A stretch of DNA of 64,000 bases. Origin: Desulfomicrobium sp. Lineage in GTDB: Bacteria > Desulfobacterota > Desulfovibrionia > Desulfovibrionales > Desulfomicrobiaceae. Shown here piece after piece: positions 50,708 through 64,000 of this stretch; the first letter of the stretch is position 1, and each line of letters starts with the position of its first letter. The translations under genes were made by a program, and so were the position numbers. The notes beneath the pieces were generated by a model, which saw only the letters and a program-made list of their open reading frames with translations, did no database searches and was not told the DNA's origin. The stretch is taken from NCBI GenBank assembly GCA_040768745.1, contig JAXGMI010000003.1:128001-192000 (forward strand). Reading direction: 5' to 3'.

Positions 50708-51937
50708 CTACCCCTTGCTGGCGGGCGCCGGGGCCGCGGGTTCGAAGGGCTTGGGCGTCACGCTCATCCCCGGCCTGACTTTCTGGGTGCCCTCGGCGAC
50801 CACCGCCTCTCCGGGATTGAGCCCCTTCTCGATGACCCAGCCCGAATCGATCTTCTGGCCAACCTGGACCGGACGGACATCGACCTTGTTGTCCGCGGCG
50901 ACCACGGCCACGAGGTATCTGCCCTGCATTTCCGTCACCGCGCGCTGCGGCACGATCAAGGCGCCGGACTTGGTCTGCAGGACGGCCCTGACCTTGCCGA
51001 ACATGCCGGGCCGCAGGAGGTTTTCCGGGTTGGCGAAGACGGTGCCGATCTTCAGGGTGCCCGTGGCCGGGTCGACCTGGCGGTCCGCCAGGGCCATCCT
51101 GCCCTGGTGCGGATAGACGCTGCCGTCGGCCAGTACCAGCTGCAGGGGGGCGTCCGTCGCCCTGTTTTCAGCCGTCCTGGCCCGCAGGTACTCCTGCTCG
51201 CTGACGTTGATGTAGGCCTTGATGGGGTCCAGGGCGGAGACGGAGGTCAACTCCTCCTGCATGCTGGGGCTGACCAGGTTGCCCAGCTGGGCCTTGGCGA
51301 TGCCCGCCACGCCGTCCACGGGCGAGGTGATCCTGGTGAAGCCCAGCTCCAGCTGGGCCTTTTCCAGGTTGGCCTGGGCCACGGCGATGCCGGCCTTGGC
51401 GGTCACCACCGCGGCCTTGGTCACCAGGTCGCGCCCGATGGCGTAGTCGAGATCCTTCTGGGACACGGCGTTCTTGGCGGCCAGCGGCTTTATCCTGGCC
51501 AGGTCGGCCCGGGCCGTGGCGGCGGAGGCCTCCTGCGCGGCCAACTCGCCCTTGGCCTGTTCCAGGGCGGCCTGGGCCTGCTTGACCTCGGCCTGGAAGG
51601 TGCGCGGGTCAATCTCGAAGAGGACCTGCCCTTTCCTGACGATGTCGCCTTCGACGTAGTTCTGTTTGACCAGATACCCCGTGACCTGCGGGCGGATGAC
51701 CGCGTTGATGGACCCGTCCAGGACGCCGATCCATTCGCTGAAGATCGGCACGTCCTGCTGGACGACCTTCACCACCTCCACCACCGGAACCGGTGGAGGC
51801 CCGGCCTGCTCCTTCTGCTGACACCCCCCCGCAACGATCAGGACCGACAGGAAGGAGGCGGCAACACCCATGTGTGCCATACACCTGATCGTCTGGGAAA
51901 AGCGCGTCGAGTCGAAAACTCTCCCGATTCTGGCCAT
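50708..51937 (-). CDS. RND periplasmic adaptor (MFP)
   Basis: IRPQVTGYL, GQVLFEIDP, ITSPVDG, VDPATGT, LRPGMF; AAGGAG RBS. Confidence 0.94.
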   Translation of the reverse strand: MARIGRVFDSTRFSQTIRCMAHMGVAASFLSVLIVAGGCQQKEQAGPPPVPVVEVVKVVQQDVPIFSEWIGVLDGSINAVIRPQVTGYLVKQNYVEGDIVRKGQVLFEIDPRTFQAEVKQAQAALEQAKGELAAQEASAATARADLARIKPLAAKNAVSQKDLDYAIGRDLVTKAAVVTAKAGIAVAQANLEKAQLELGFTRITSPVDGVAGIAKAQLGNLVSPSMQEELTSVSALDPIKAYINVSEQEYLRARTAENRATDAPLQLVLADGSVYPHQGRMALADRQVDPATGTLKIGTVFANPENLLRPGMFGKVRAVLQTKSGALIVPQRAVTEMQGRYLVAVVAADNKVDVRPVQVGQKIDSGWVIEKGLNPGEAVVAEGTQKVRPGMSVTPKPFEPAAPAPASKG

Positions 51938-51958
51938 GTACGTCTCCTTGCTAGGGAA

Positions 51959-52324
51959 TCAATCCCGTTTCCGAAGTGCCATCCGCCTTTGCCGGGCGAC
52001 GGCGACGCCTGTTTCGCGAGCCCTGTCCCGCACATCGATGCAGCGGGCACGCGAAACTTCGCGCGCCCGTCCGGGAAGGAGGAAAGACTGGCGGCGCATC
52101 GTATCCTGCGCCGCCAGTGTGTTAAATACCAGTTCCGTTTCGTGGCCGTCCACTATCTCGCCGAAGGTCAGGAGGGTGCCGACATCTGGCGGTCCCGGTC
52201 CATCACCCGGACGACGCACCCGGCGGACAGGAACCTCTCCTTCCACGTTGCGGACCGGAACCCGAATCGCAAAACGTCCCGGCGGGGCAATGCCGCCTGC
52301 GACGACTTGACGGCCAACGAACAC
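51959..52324 (-). other. Possible short gene or gene remnant between the DUF3313-like gene and the MFP gene
   Basis: Fills the gap on the operon strand and abuts the upstream stop; no recognisable family and no clear RBS. Confidence 0.35.
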
Positions 52325-53005
52325 CTATTTCGTCCACAGAACGTCGATGCGCTCCTTGAGCAGGGCGGCCCATTCGTTCATGGCCTCCTCGGTCTGGCCG
52401 GTCTTGGTGAACCCGGAGGAACTGTACTTCTTGCCGACCTTGGTGTCGGCGAAGAGAACCAGATTCTTGCCGGTCATGGCATCGACGAACTTGACCTCCA
52501 CGGCGCACTTGCCCACGCCCATGGCCTGACCCGTGGCCACCTGCTTGCCCGCGGACAGGAGGATGCCGACGGGAATGACGGAGGTCAGGGCGTTGGACAC
52601 GGGGCTGCTGGCCTCGACCTCGACCACCGCCGCCTGCACGGCGATGACGCCGGGGCCCGGCTGGGCGGCCAATTGCAGCTTCTGCCCGTCAGGCACGCGC
52701 GTCAGCACGTCATGGAAATACGTGGCCAGCAGATTCAGGTCGTCCATCTTCAGGCCCGAATCCTTGACCATGTTCTCGGCGTTCCACAGCTTCACCGGCT
52801 CGATGTACATGGCCGTGTAGTCCTTGGCTTTGAACTCGGGGCTCCACCAGCCGAGCCCGCCCTTCAGTTCCGGGACGGCCTGCAGCTTGGCGTAGTCGGC
52901 GCCGAGGAAGTGGTCGGCTGGGTTGAAATCCGTGGTGGACTGTTTCCCGCTCGTGGCGCAGGCGCACAGGGACAGCATGACGGCGAGGATGAGCATCTTC
53001 TTCAT
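52325..53005 (-). CDS. DUF3313-like lipoprotein
   Basis: AAGGAG RBS, lipobox LCAC, FLG.DYAKL, YIEPVK, PGPGVIAVQAAV, VEVKFVDAMTG, WAALLKER. Confidence 0.8.
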   Translation of the reverse strand: MKKMLILAVMLSLCACATSGKQSTTDFNPADHFLGADYAKLQAVPELKGGLGWWSPEFKAKDYTAMYIEPVKLWNAENMVKDSGLKMDDLNLLATYFHDVLTRVPDGQKLQLAAQPGPGVIAVQAAVVEVEASSPVSNALTSVIPVGILLSAGKQVATGQAMGVGKCAVEVKFVDAMTGKNLVLFADTKVGKKYSSSGFTKTGQTEEAMNEWAALLKERIDVLWTK

Positions 53006-53057
53006 ATGGACTCCTTGTTGGGTTGAAATGAACATACGACGTGTTTCCTCCGCCGGA

Positions 53058-53396
53058 TCAAAGCCCGGCCATCGTCCCCGTCCGCGCCCGCTCGATGAAC
53101 TCCATCCCGCCGGCCTCGGTGACGGTGAAAAACTCGACGATTGGGCGCTTGCGCGAGAACTCCATGGCCTCCAGCATCCGCGAGAAAATGGCCGAACGCA
53201 GATGGTTCTCATGGGCCTCCTGCGACAACCATATCTCCGTATAGACAATGGCCCCGTCCTCCCCGGTCTCGAAGGCGACGGAGCAGTCCTTGCAGTCCGC
53301 GGCGGCCCCGAGAGCGGCTTTCATGGACTCGAGCACATCGATGATGGCCGGGGCATAACCGGCCGCTGGGTAGATCTTGATGACGGCGAGGTTCAT
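53058..53396 (-). CDS. Antibiotic biosynthesis monooxygenase (ABM)-like small protein
   Basis: C..C, YTEIW.SQEAHENHLRS..F..MLEAME pattern; AAGGA RBS. Confidence 0.72.
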   Translation of the reverse strand: MNLAVIKIYPAAGYAPAIIDVLESMKAALGAAADCKDCSVAFETGEDGAIVYTEIWLSQEAHENHLRSAIFSRMLEAMEFSRKRPIVEFFTVTEAGGMEFIERARTGTMAGL

Positions 53397-53544
53397 GTCA
53401 GCAATCCTTTCAAAATGTGCACCAAGAAAGACTATGGGGAAATTTCCAACTCCAGATCCAGGAACGAAAAACTATTCTGGACCTTAAGCTACCCTGGGAG
53501 ATCGCTCGCTTTGAGGCAAAAACTCCCAGATAGCCTGTGATGTC

Positions 53545-53560
53545 AGCAAAGAACGTGCAC
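53545..53560 (-). promoter_or_regulatory. Sigma54-like promoter with non-canonical -24 element (TG instead of GG)
   Basis: Minus strand GTGCACG-TTCT-TTGCT compared with the consensus TGGCACG-N4-TTGCW. Confidence 0.45.
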
Positions 53561-53657
53561 AATGCGTCATCACGCGTATTCGACACGCAACAGGCTGAAT
53601 TCATGAAAACATGATGATGATTCGGAAGAGTCCTGACAGGAGCGGCGCAGAGAGCGA

Positions 53658-53690
53658 GACGATATGAAATACAGAGGACGAAATGCCGTC
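53658..53690. promoter_or_regulatory. Putative enhancer (UAS) for the sigma54 activator
   Basis: GACGATATG (53658) and the imperfect palindrome GACGAAATGCCGTC (53677-53690), about 100-130 bp upstream of the 53545-53560 site. Confidence 0.5.
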
Positions 53691-53697
53691 CTCCCGA

Positions 53698-55626
<1,929 letters not shown>

Positions 55627-56030
55627 GAATGATTACTGCGTTTGGTTATTCCATTTGCGCAGCCGAGGCTGCGGAGTGCGAGATCCATGCAGGGGGCTCG
55701 AAAAGAAGCCGGGCGCACCCGGTTCAACATCGTGAGAACACATTTCAATATGAGTTTTCAATGACATGAAATCGATTCACGAGCAAGGGACCGCAGGAGA
55801 AAACGGCTTGCGTCATACGCAGGGAGCGGTCGGCCGCAACGCGCCGTCGCTGGTAAGACAATTCGGCATACCTGTGCCTGCCTGCTGCATGGCGCAGACA
55901 AACCATCGGGACTCGAATACCTTCCCTCGCAGCCGCAACGCGAACAAGACGTCGACGCTGCCCGCACGCCCTGGGGAGTGCATGTGGGAGTGCATGGGCT
56001 GTCAAACACCGACACGTGTCGGAAGATCTC

Positions 56031-56306
56031 CTACTTGTTGGCCTTCTGGCCGGCGTTGTAGCCGCTCTGGTAAGAGGCTTCCTTGGACTTCTGGTTCTGG
56101 TCGTAGATGTAGCCGCCAGCGGCTCCTGCGGCCGCGCCGACCGCCGCGCCCATGACCGTGTGCCCGCTCACGGCGCCGATCAGGGCGCCTGCGCTGGCGC
56201 CGATGGCGCCGCCGGTGACGGTGCGCTGCTGGGTGTCCGACATCCCTGAGCAGCCGGACAGGCCGAGACCGATGGCCAGTATGAGGACAAGAATGATCCG
56301 TTTCAT
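56031..56306 (-). CDS. Glycine-zipper lipoprotein
   Basis: AAGGAG RBS, lipobox LSGC, GGAIGASAGALIGA..GAAVGAAAGAAGG. Confidence 0.85.
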   Translation of the reverse strand: MKRIILVLILAIGLGLSGCSGMSDTQQRTVTGGAIGASAGALIGAVSGHTVMGAAVGAAAGAAGGYIYDQNQKSKEASYQSGYNAGQKANK

Positions 56307-56373
56307 GGTTATCTCCTTGGAGCTGTGCATGAAATCATGCCGTTTGTTCATGGGTTTCCCGTCTCGCACGCCG

Positions 56374-56754
56374 TCACTTGCAGGGCCAGGTCTCGATCAG
56401 GAACCGGAACTCAGTTTCCACGGGCTTCTCCCCCATGAACTGGGGATGCGCCTTGGCCCACTCGATGAACTTCCCGATGGCCTCGTTGCGGGTCGGGGGA
56501 GCCTCGGGGAAGCAGACGAGCTTGACCCCGTCGGGACCGGCCGCTGCGGCCACATAGTACTGATAGGCCCCGACCAGGAACCCGTGGCAGAAGTTCACCG
56601 CCTGGTTGTAGAGGGGGTCTTTGGGGGAAACGGTGCACAGATCGATCAGGTTCTGCGTCGTCTTGACCTCGAAATCCTTCTCCGTGACCGCCCCGGCCAG
56701 GGCCGGAAGCATCAGGAGCACCGCCAGGGCCACCATCATCGCCTTGCCTTTCAT
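56374..56754 (-). CDS. Rap1a/Tai-family periplasmic protein (orphan immunity-like)
   Basis: Signal peptide; L.DLC..FCHGFLVG..VCFP..WAKAHP..WPC pattern; AAGGAG RBS. Confidence 0.78.
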   Translation of the reverse strand: MKGKAMMVALAVLLMLPALAGAVTEKDFEVKTTQNLIDLCTVSPKDPLYNQAVNFCHGFLVGAYQYYVAAAAGPDGVKLVCFPEAPPTRNEAIGKFIEWAKAHPQFMGEKPVETEFRFLIETWPCK

Positions 56755-56840
56755 GATTGCCTCTCCTTGGTTGGATGTTCCGCAACTCGGGACCGAGAGC
56801 CGCGCCGCCGGTCGCCGCGGGCGTGGCTGTCTTCAGTCCA

Positions 56841-56857
56841 TATCAAATTGCATACCA
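56841..56857 (-). promoter_or_regulatory. Sigma54-like promoter upstream of the Rap1a-like gene
   Basis: Minus strand TGGTATG-CAAT-TTGAT (correct spacing; -12 reads GA instead of GC). Confidence 0.45.
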
Positions 56858-56950
56858 CGTCGGTCGGAACGGTATCCGTCTCCGACATGGCCCGCAGCGC
56901 ACCATTTTTCGTCAGTGCGGGCCACAGGGCACCGGAACCCCTTCAACCCA

Positions 56951-56968
56951 GGGACGAAATAACGTCCC
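56951..56968. promoter_or_regulatory. Palindromic candidate UAS GGGACG-AAATAA-CGTCCC
   Basis: Matches the GACG-AAAT-NN-CGTC motif at 53677; lies between divergent sigma54-like sites. Confidence 0.5.
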
Positions 56969-57129
56969 GCACGTTTGACGATCGAGAAGATGTGACGCGC
57001 CGACGGCCCGCGAGATGTGACTGGTGAAAAACGCTCGACTGTCGAATGGTCTTGTCCCTTGTCACTGAATTGGTGTATGAGGTGATAAAGTCGTTCACCT
57101 CCGCCCCCCTCCCGCACACGCCACACAAA

Positions 57130-57145
57130 ATGCATGCTTTTTGCT
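57130..57145 (+). promoter_or_regulatory. Sigma54-like promoter with non-canonical -24 element (TG instead of GG)
   Basis: ATGCATG-CTTT-TTGCT, about 110 bp upstream of the GH63 start. Confidence 0.42.
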
Positions 57146-57253
57146 ACACCCTCGCAGAACGACAGGAGCACTTTCGTCGACCCGGCCCCGGACAATCCGC
57201 GGCAGCGGTCGCAACCCACCTGCAGGCAGGGCCTGCGGGAAGGAGTTTTTGTC

Positions 57254-59994
<2,741 letters not shown>

Positions 59995-59998
<4 letters not shown>

Positions 59999-61476
59999 AA
60001 CACTTGGAAAACAACCCTGTCATCTACGAGATCAACACCTGGGTCTGGTTGCGGGAGCTGGCGCAAAAACACCGGCAGCCGGTGGACCTCGGCACTATCC
60101 CCGCACGGGAGTGGGACGACATCGCGTCCCTGGGCTTCGACGCCGTCTGGCTCATGGGCGTCTGGGAGCGCAGCCCGGCGGGCATCGAGGTCTCCATGCG
60201 CAACGCCGGCCTGCTGGAGGACTTCCGCCGCGCCCTGCCCGGCTTCGACGCCGCCGACAACGTCGGCTCGCCCTACTGCATCCGCCGCTACGTCGCGGAC
60301 GCGCACCTCGGCGGCCCGCAAGGGCTGGCCGCGGCGCGCGCGGCCCTGGCCGAGCGGGGCATGGGCCTGATTCTCGACTTCGTGCCCAACCACGTGGCCC
60401 CGGACCACCCCTGGACGCGGGAGCACCCCGAGTACTTCATCCAGGGCAGCGCTAAAGATCTGGTCTGCGACCCGTCGTCCTTCATCGAGATCGGCGGGCG
60501 CGTCTTCGCCTGCGGCCGTGACCCCTACTTCCCGGCCTGGCCCGACGTGCTCCAATTGAACGCCTTCGACCCCGGCCTGCGCCGGGCCGCCATCGACACC
60601 CTGACGGACATCGCCGGGCAGTGCGACGGAGCGCGCTGCGACATGGCCATGCTCCTGCTGAACGACGTGTTCGAAAGGACCTGGAAAAAACGTGCCGGCG
60701 AACGGCCGGAGGCCGACTACTGGCGGGAGGTCGTCCCGGCCGTGCGACGGGCCGCACCAGGCTTCGTCTTCATGGCCGAAGCCTACTGGGACCTGGAGTG
60801 GGAGCTGCAGCAGCAGGGCTTCGACTTCTGCTACGACAAGCGTCTCTACGACCGGCTCGAACATGACGCCCCGGCAGCCATCCGCTCCCACCTCAAGGCC
60901 GGACTCGACTATCAGCAGCGCCTTGTCCGCTTCATCGAAAACCATGACGAGCCCCGAACCGCCTCGGTCTTCGGCCGGGGGGCGGACCGCGCCGCCGCGG
61001 TCGTCGCCCTGACCCTGCCCGGCGCGGCCCTGGTCCACGAGGGACAGCTCGACGGACGCCGCGTGCGCCTGCCCGTGTTCCTGGCCCGCCGCCCGGACGA
61101 GGAACCCGACGGGGAACTCTTCGCCTTCTATCGCGGCCTGCTCGCCCGCCTGCGCGAGAACGGCTGCAGACGCGGCCGGTGGCGTCTGCTGGAATGCCGC
61201 GGCTGGCCCGACAACATGACCTGCGAGAACCTGCTGGCCTGGATCTGGGAAACGGACGAGGCCCGTTGCCTGGTGGTCGTCAACTTCTCCCCGGCTCCGG
61301 CGCAGGCCCTGGTCGCTGGTTTCGGGAATGACGTCGCCGGCGCGGCATGGCGTCTGGTGGATCTGGACGGAAGCGCTTACGTCCGCGACGGCGGAGAGAT
61401 GAGCGACCGGGGCCTTTATGTCGATCTGCCCGGCTGGGGCTTTCACGTCATGGACTGGAGTCGGGAACACGCATGA
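59995..61476 (+). CDS. Alpha-amylase family (GH13) glycoside hydrolase
   Basis: IYEINT, LDFVPNH, RCDMA, FMAE, FIENHDE catalytic regions; ATGA overlap with the GH63 gene. Confidence 0.9.
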
Positions 61477-61544
61477 CAAAGGCCCCGCTCTCTTGACCGT
61501 GAGGGAGGGAAAGGCCCAATTTCCCCATGTGGCGGACTGCCGCG

Positions 61545-61682
61545 TCAGAATTTGCAGGCGAGACCGGTGGGGTAGGTGCCGAACAGCGTGGCGACCATCA
61601 TGTCCAGCCTAGAGGAGGGGGACAGGGATGCGAACCAGCCGATGCCCTTAAAATCGGCGGAATCCAATAATCTGCGGCTCAC
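61545..61682 (-). pseudogene. Possible collapsed remnant of an outer-membrane beta-barrel gene
   Basis: Manual translation ..LLDSADFKGIGWFASL..LDMMVATLFGTYPTGLACKF*; the C-terminal Phe strand resembles a beta-signal. Confidence 0.3.
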
Positions 61683-61700
61683 CCGGTGGACGATCCGGTG

Positions 61701-62930
61701 TTCAGGGCTGGACCTTCTCCAGGGTGGAGATGGAATACCCGCCCTGCGTTACAGCTCGCCGTCACGCCCGGAAAACACGGACCTGCGTGTAGGCCCTGCC
61801 GGAGGCGCCGCGGCGGGGAAAACCCAGACCGACCGTAAAGATCATCGCTTTGAATGGCCGGGACGCGTCCCGGCAGGGGGGCGCCATGAAATTCTTCTCC
61901 AGGAACTCCACACGGACAGCCGATCCCGTCGTTGAGCGGCTCGTGCGGCGCATCGCCGAAGACAATGCCATCGACATCTCGGACACGAAATGTTCGGCCA
62001 TGCTCGCCGAGGCGGTGCAGGCGGCCTGCGCCTACACCAGGGGCATGATCGACGCCCTGGGCGAACCCTTTGTCCTGGACCGCAAGCGGGCCACGGGCAG
62101 CACCCTGGGCCCCATTATCTTCGACAACCGCAAGGACGCCCTGGACGCTCTGCGCAGTTCGTCCAAAATCAGGCAGGTCTTCACCGACCCCAAGGTGCGC
62201 GAATGCGTCTTTCTCCTGACCATGCACCGCAGGGAATACGTCATCTTCGGGACGGAAATCGAAGGGGAGATGGTCCGCAGGGATGTCATGCAGGACGCGG
62301 TGGAATTCCTGGACCACAACTTCTCGGCCGCAGCCCCGTCGCTGGCCGAACTGCGGGATATCTTGACGGAGAATGTGGTCCTCTTCCTGGCCGACCTGGC
62401 GCCAGAGCTTCTGCGCCGGGATGAAACGATGCGGGGCGAACTCCACCGCTCCGAGGAACTGCTCAAGGCCCAGATGCAAACCCTGGGCTATGCCCTGAGG
62501 GAGAGCGGACCCTTTGCCGCGCCGCCTTCGCTGCACTCCAAGATTTCCCAGGGCTCGCAGGAGATGCGGAGTCTGCTGGACAGGCTCTCGTCCCTATCGG
62601 CCAAATGGGATCCGGCGAAATGTCTCCAGGAGATCTGCGACATCCTCCTGGCGCCGCAGAACCATGTCCGGCTGGAGCTCGTGGAAATGCACGTCGGAGA
62701 TTTCGGCGTCAAATCCAAGGCCGGCAAGTTCATTCGCTTCCATGAGTGCGTACTCGGGGACAAAGAACGCCTGGCCGTCTTCATGGCCTCCATGGACCGC
62801 GACAACGCGCTCTATCTCTGGCCGGATCTGGAAGGCTGACGGACGGGAAAATCCTGTCCCTTCTCCGGTCGACAATGGAATGCTGGTTTCAGGGCTGGAC
62901 CTTCTCCAGGGTGAAGGTGAAACTCCCGCC
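61701..62930. repeat. About 43-bp direct repeat (61701-61743 vs 62888-62930) duplicating the 3' end of the 62889-63317 gene
   Basis: 26 bp identical (TTCAGGGCTGGACCTTCTCCAGGGTG), then a degenerate match through CCCGCC. Confidence 0.85.
61886..62839 (+). CDS. Hypothetical cytoplasmic protein with central coiled-coil
   Basis: 317-aa ORF with coding bias and a G-rich RBS; RRDVMQ..VEF.DH segment; function not recognised. Confidence 0.75.
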   Translation: MKFFSRNSTRTADPVVERLVRRIAEDNAIDISDTKCSAMLAEAVQAACAYTRGMIDALGEPFVLDRKRATGSTLGPIIFDNRKDALDALRSSSKIRQVFTDPKVRECVFLLTMHRREYVIFGTEIEGEMVRRDVMQDAVEFLDHNFSAAAPSLAELRDILTENVVLFLADLAPELLRRDETMRGELHRSEELLKAQMQTLGYALRESGPFAAPPSLHSKISQGSQEMRSLLDRLSSLSAKWDPAKCLQEICDILLAPQNHVRLELVEMHVGDFGVKSKAGKFIRFHECVLGDKERLAVFMASMDRDNALYLWPDLEG

Positions 62931-63317
62931 GCAGGAGAGATAGCCGTTGGACCAGCGCCAGACGGACTTCCCAACTCCCGTGGTCTCGCTCTTGAACTCG
63001 ATGTCCACGGCTTCCGAGACGAACCCGCCGGTGGTCACGTACGAGCCGACCAGGTGCACGAACTGCGGCCGTTCGGGGTTGACGACGCCCCTGTACGGCC
63101 GTTTGACCGTGTTTTCCATGCCCACGACTTCTTCGCCCTTCTGGATGAAGGTCAGGGTGTATTCGCCAGGCTTGCCCTTGCCCAGGTCGTTCTTGCACTT
63201 GTTGGTCGATTCGGTGACCGTGCCGCGCCACTGCCCGGTGCAGTCCATGGCGTGGGACAGGACGGGGCTCAAGCACGCGACGCTCAGCAAGGCCACGAGA
63301 AAAATGAAACGTTTCAT
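62889..63317 (-). CDS. Secreted hypothetical beta-rich protein
   Basis: GAGGA RBS, signal peptide MKRFIF..SHA, TGQWRG lipocalin-like start, alternating beta strands. Confidence 0.75.
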   Translation of the reverse strand: MKRFIFLVALLSVACLSPVLSHAMDCTGQWRGTVTESTNKCKNDLGKGKPGEYTLTFIQKGEEVVGMENTVKRPYRGVVNPERPQFVHLVGSYVTTGGFVSEAVDIEFKSETTGVGKSVWRWSNGYLSCGGSFTFTLEKVQP

Positions 63318-63402
63318 GATCGACGTCCTCTTGTTTGCTTTTTCGGGAGCCCCGCCTGCGCGGGGCGCTTTCCACCCGGCATTGAATTTTCGACCCCGGC
63401 CA

Positions 63403-63999
63403 TCACTGTCCGACAACCCCCGAAGTCGGCACGGAAAGGCGTCGCACGTGCACAAAGAAGGCGACGGTGCAGACGATCGTCACGGCGATGCCGATGATGG
63501 TCGCGACGTTGATCGAGAGGTTGAATCCGATGGGCGAGTTGGCGATGAAACTGACCACCACCGCAGTCATGAACACCGCCGGGACCGTGGCGATCCAGTG
63601 CGCTTTTCCGATCCTGGCCAGGTAGACGGCGGCGGTCCAGAGCACGACTGCGGCCAGGGTCTGGTTGGCCCAGCCGAAATAGCGCCAGATCAGCCCGAAA
63701 TCCGACAGCGAGATGAGAAAGCCGATGGCGAAAAGGGGCAAGGCGATGACAAGCCGCTTCCCCTGCTCCTTCTGGGAGAAATCGAGCATGTCGGCGACGA
63801 TGAGGCGGGCGCTGCGGAACGCCGTGTCCCCGGAAGTGATGGGCAGCACAACCACGCCGATGATGGCGAATATCCCGCCGACCTTGCCCAGCAGGCTGAT
63901 GGACACCTCGTTGACCACCAGACCGGGGCCGCCCTTGGCCAGAACGGCATTCAGCGCCTCGGGGGTGTGGAAGAAGGAGATGGCCAGGGTGGCCCAGAT
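63403..63999 (-). CDS. cstA: Carbon starvation protein A family transporter (3' part; start outside the window)
   Basis: PITSGDTAFRSARL and IWRYFGWANQTLA motifs, multiple TMs. Confidence 0.9.
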   Translation of the reverse strand: MWATLAISFFHTPEALNAVLAKGGPGLVVNEVSISLLGKVGGIFAIIGVVVLPITSGDTAFRSARLIVADMLDFSQKEQGKRLVIALPLFAIGFLISLSDFGLIWRYFGWANQTLAAVVLWTAAVYLARIGKAHWIATVPAVFMTAVVVSFIANSPIGFNLSINVATIIGIAVTIVCTVAFFVHVRRLSVPTSGVVGQ

Positions 64000-64000
64000 C

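Noticed and set aside
55745..56015. Short ORFs upstream of the sigma54 activator
   Set aside because: Several overlapping frames, none with an RBS, motif or coding-like composition; likely regulatory or decayed DNA.
61724..61800. GGAGATGGAATACCC as a fluoride riboswitch
   Set aside because: The P1 pairing and 3' GCTGATGAC element are missing, and the segment is explained by the gene-end duplication.

Overview
GC-rich bacterial chromosome segment. Gene content and order suggest a sulfate-reducing Desulfovibrionales/Desulfomicrobium-like deltaproteobacterium (inference). Roughly 1-40.6 kb is mostly core genome: ftsH-folP-cdaA-cdaR-glmM, tRNA-Sec, a tetraheme cytochrome c plus heme-c chemoreceptor unit, argF-argG-argH, phoH-ybeY, dksA-NFACT(RqcH-like)-moaA, tRNA-Gly/Cys/Gly, a HerA-like ATPase, an OPG glucan biosynthesis gene, LPS glycosyltransferases, a histidine kinase/HD-GYP pair, a Na/Pi cotransporter and ppsA. 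This core part also holds two stand-alone YcaO genes, one fused to TPRs and sitting directly upstream of a divergent MoaE, with no TfuA, E1-like partner or precursor peptide nearby. Roughly 40.7-63.3 kb looks like an accessory envelope module built around a GAF-PAS sigma54 activator. It contains pqiA/A/B/C, an RND pump, lipoproteins, an orphan Rap1a-like protein and a GH63+GH13 pair, together with candidate activator sites, non-canonical -24/-12 promoters and several eroded gene remnants. No CRISPR array, integrase or transposase was recognised. All family calls come from motif recognition by eye; no database searches were run.
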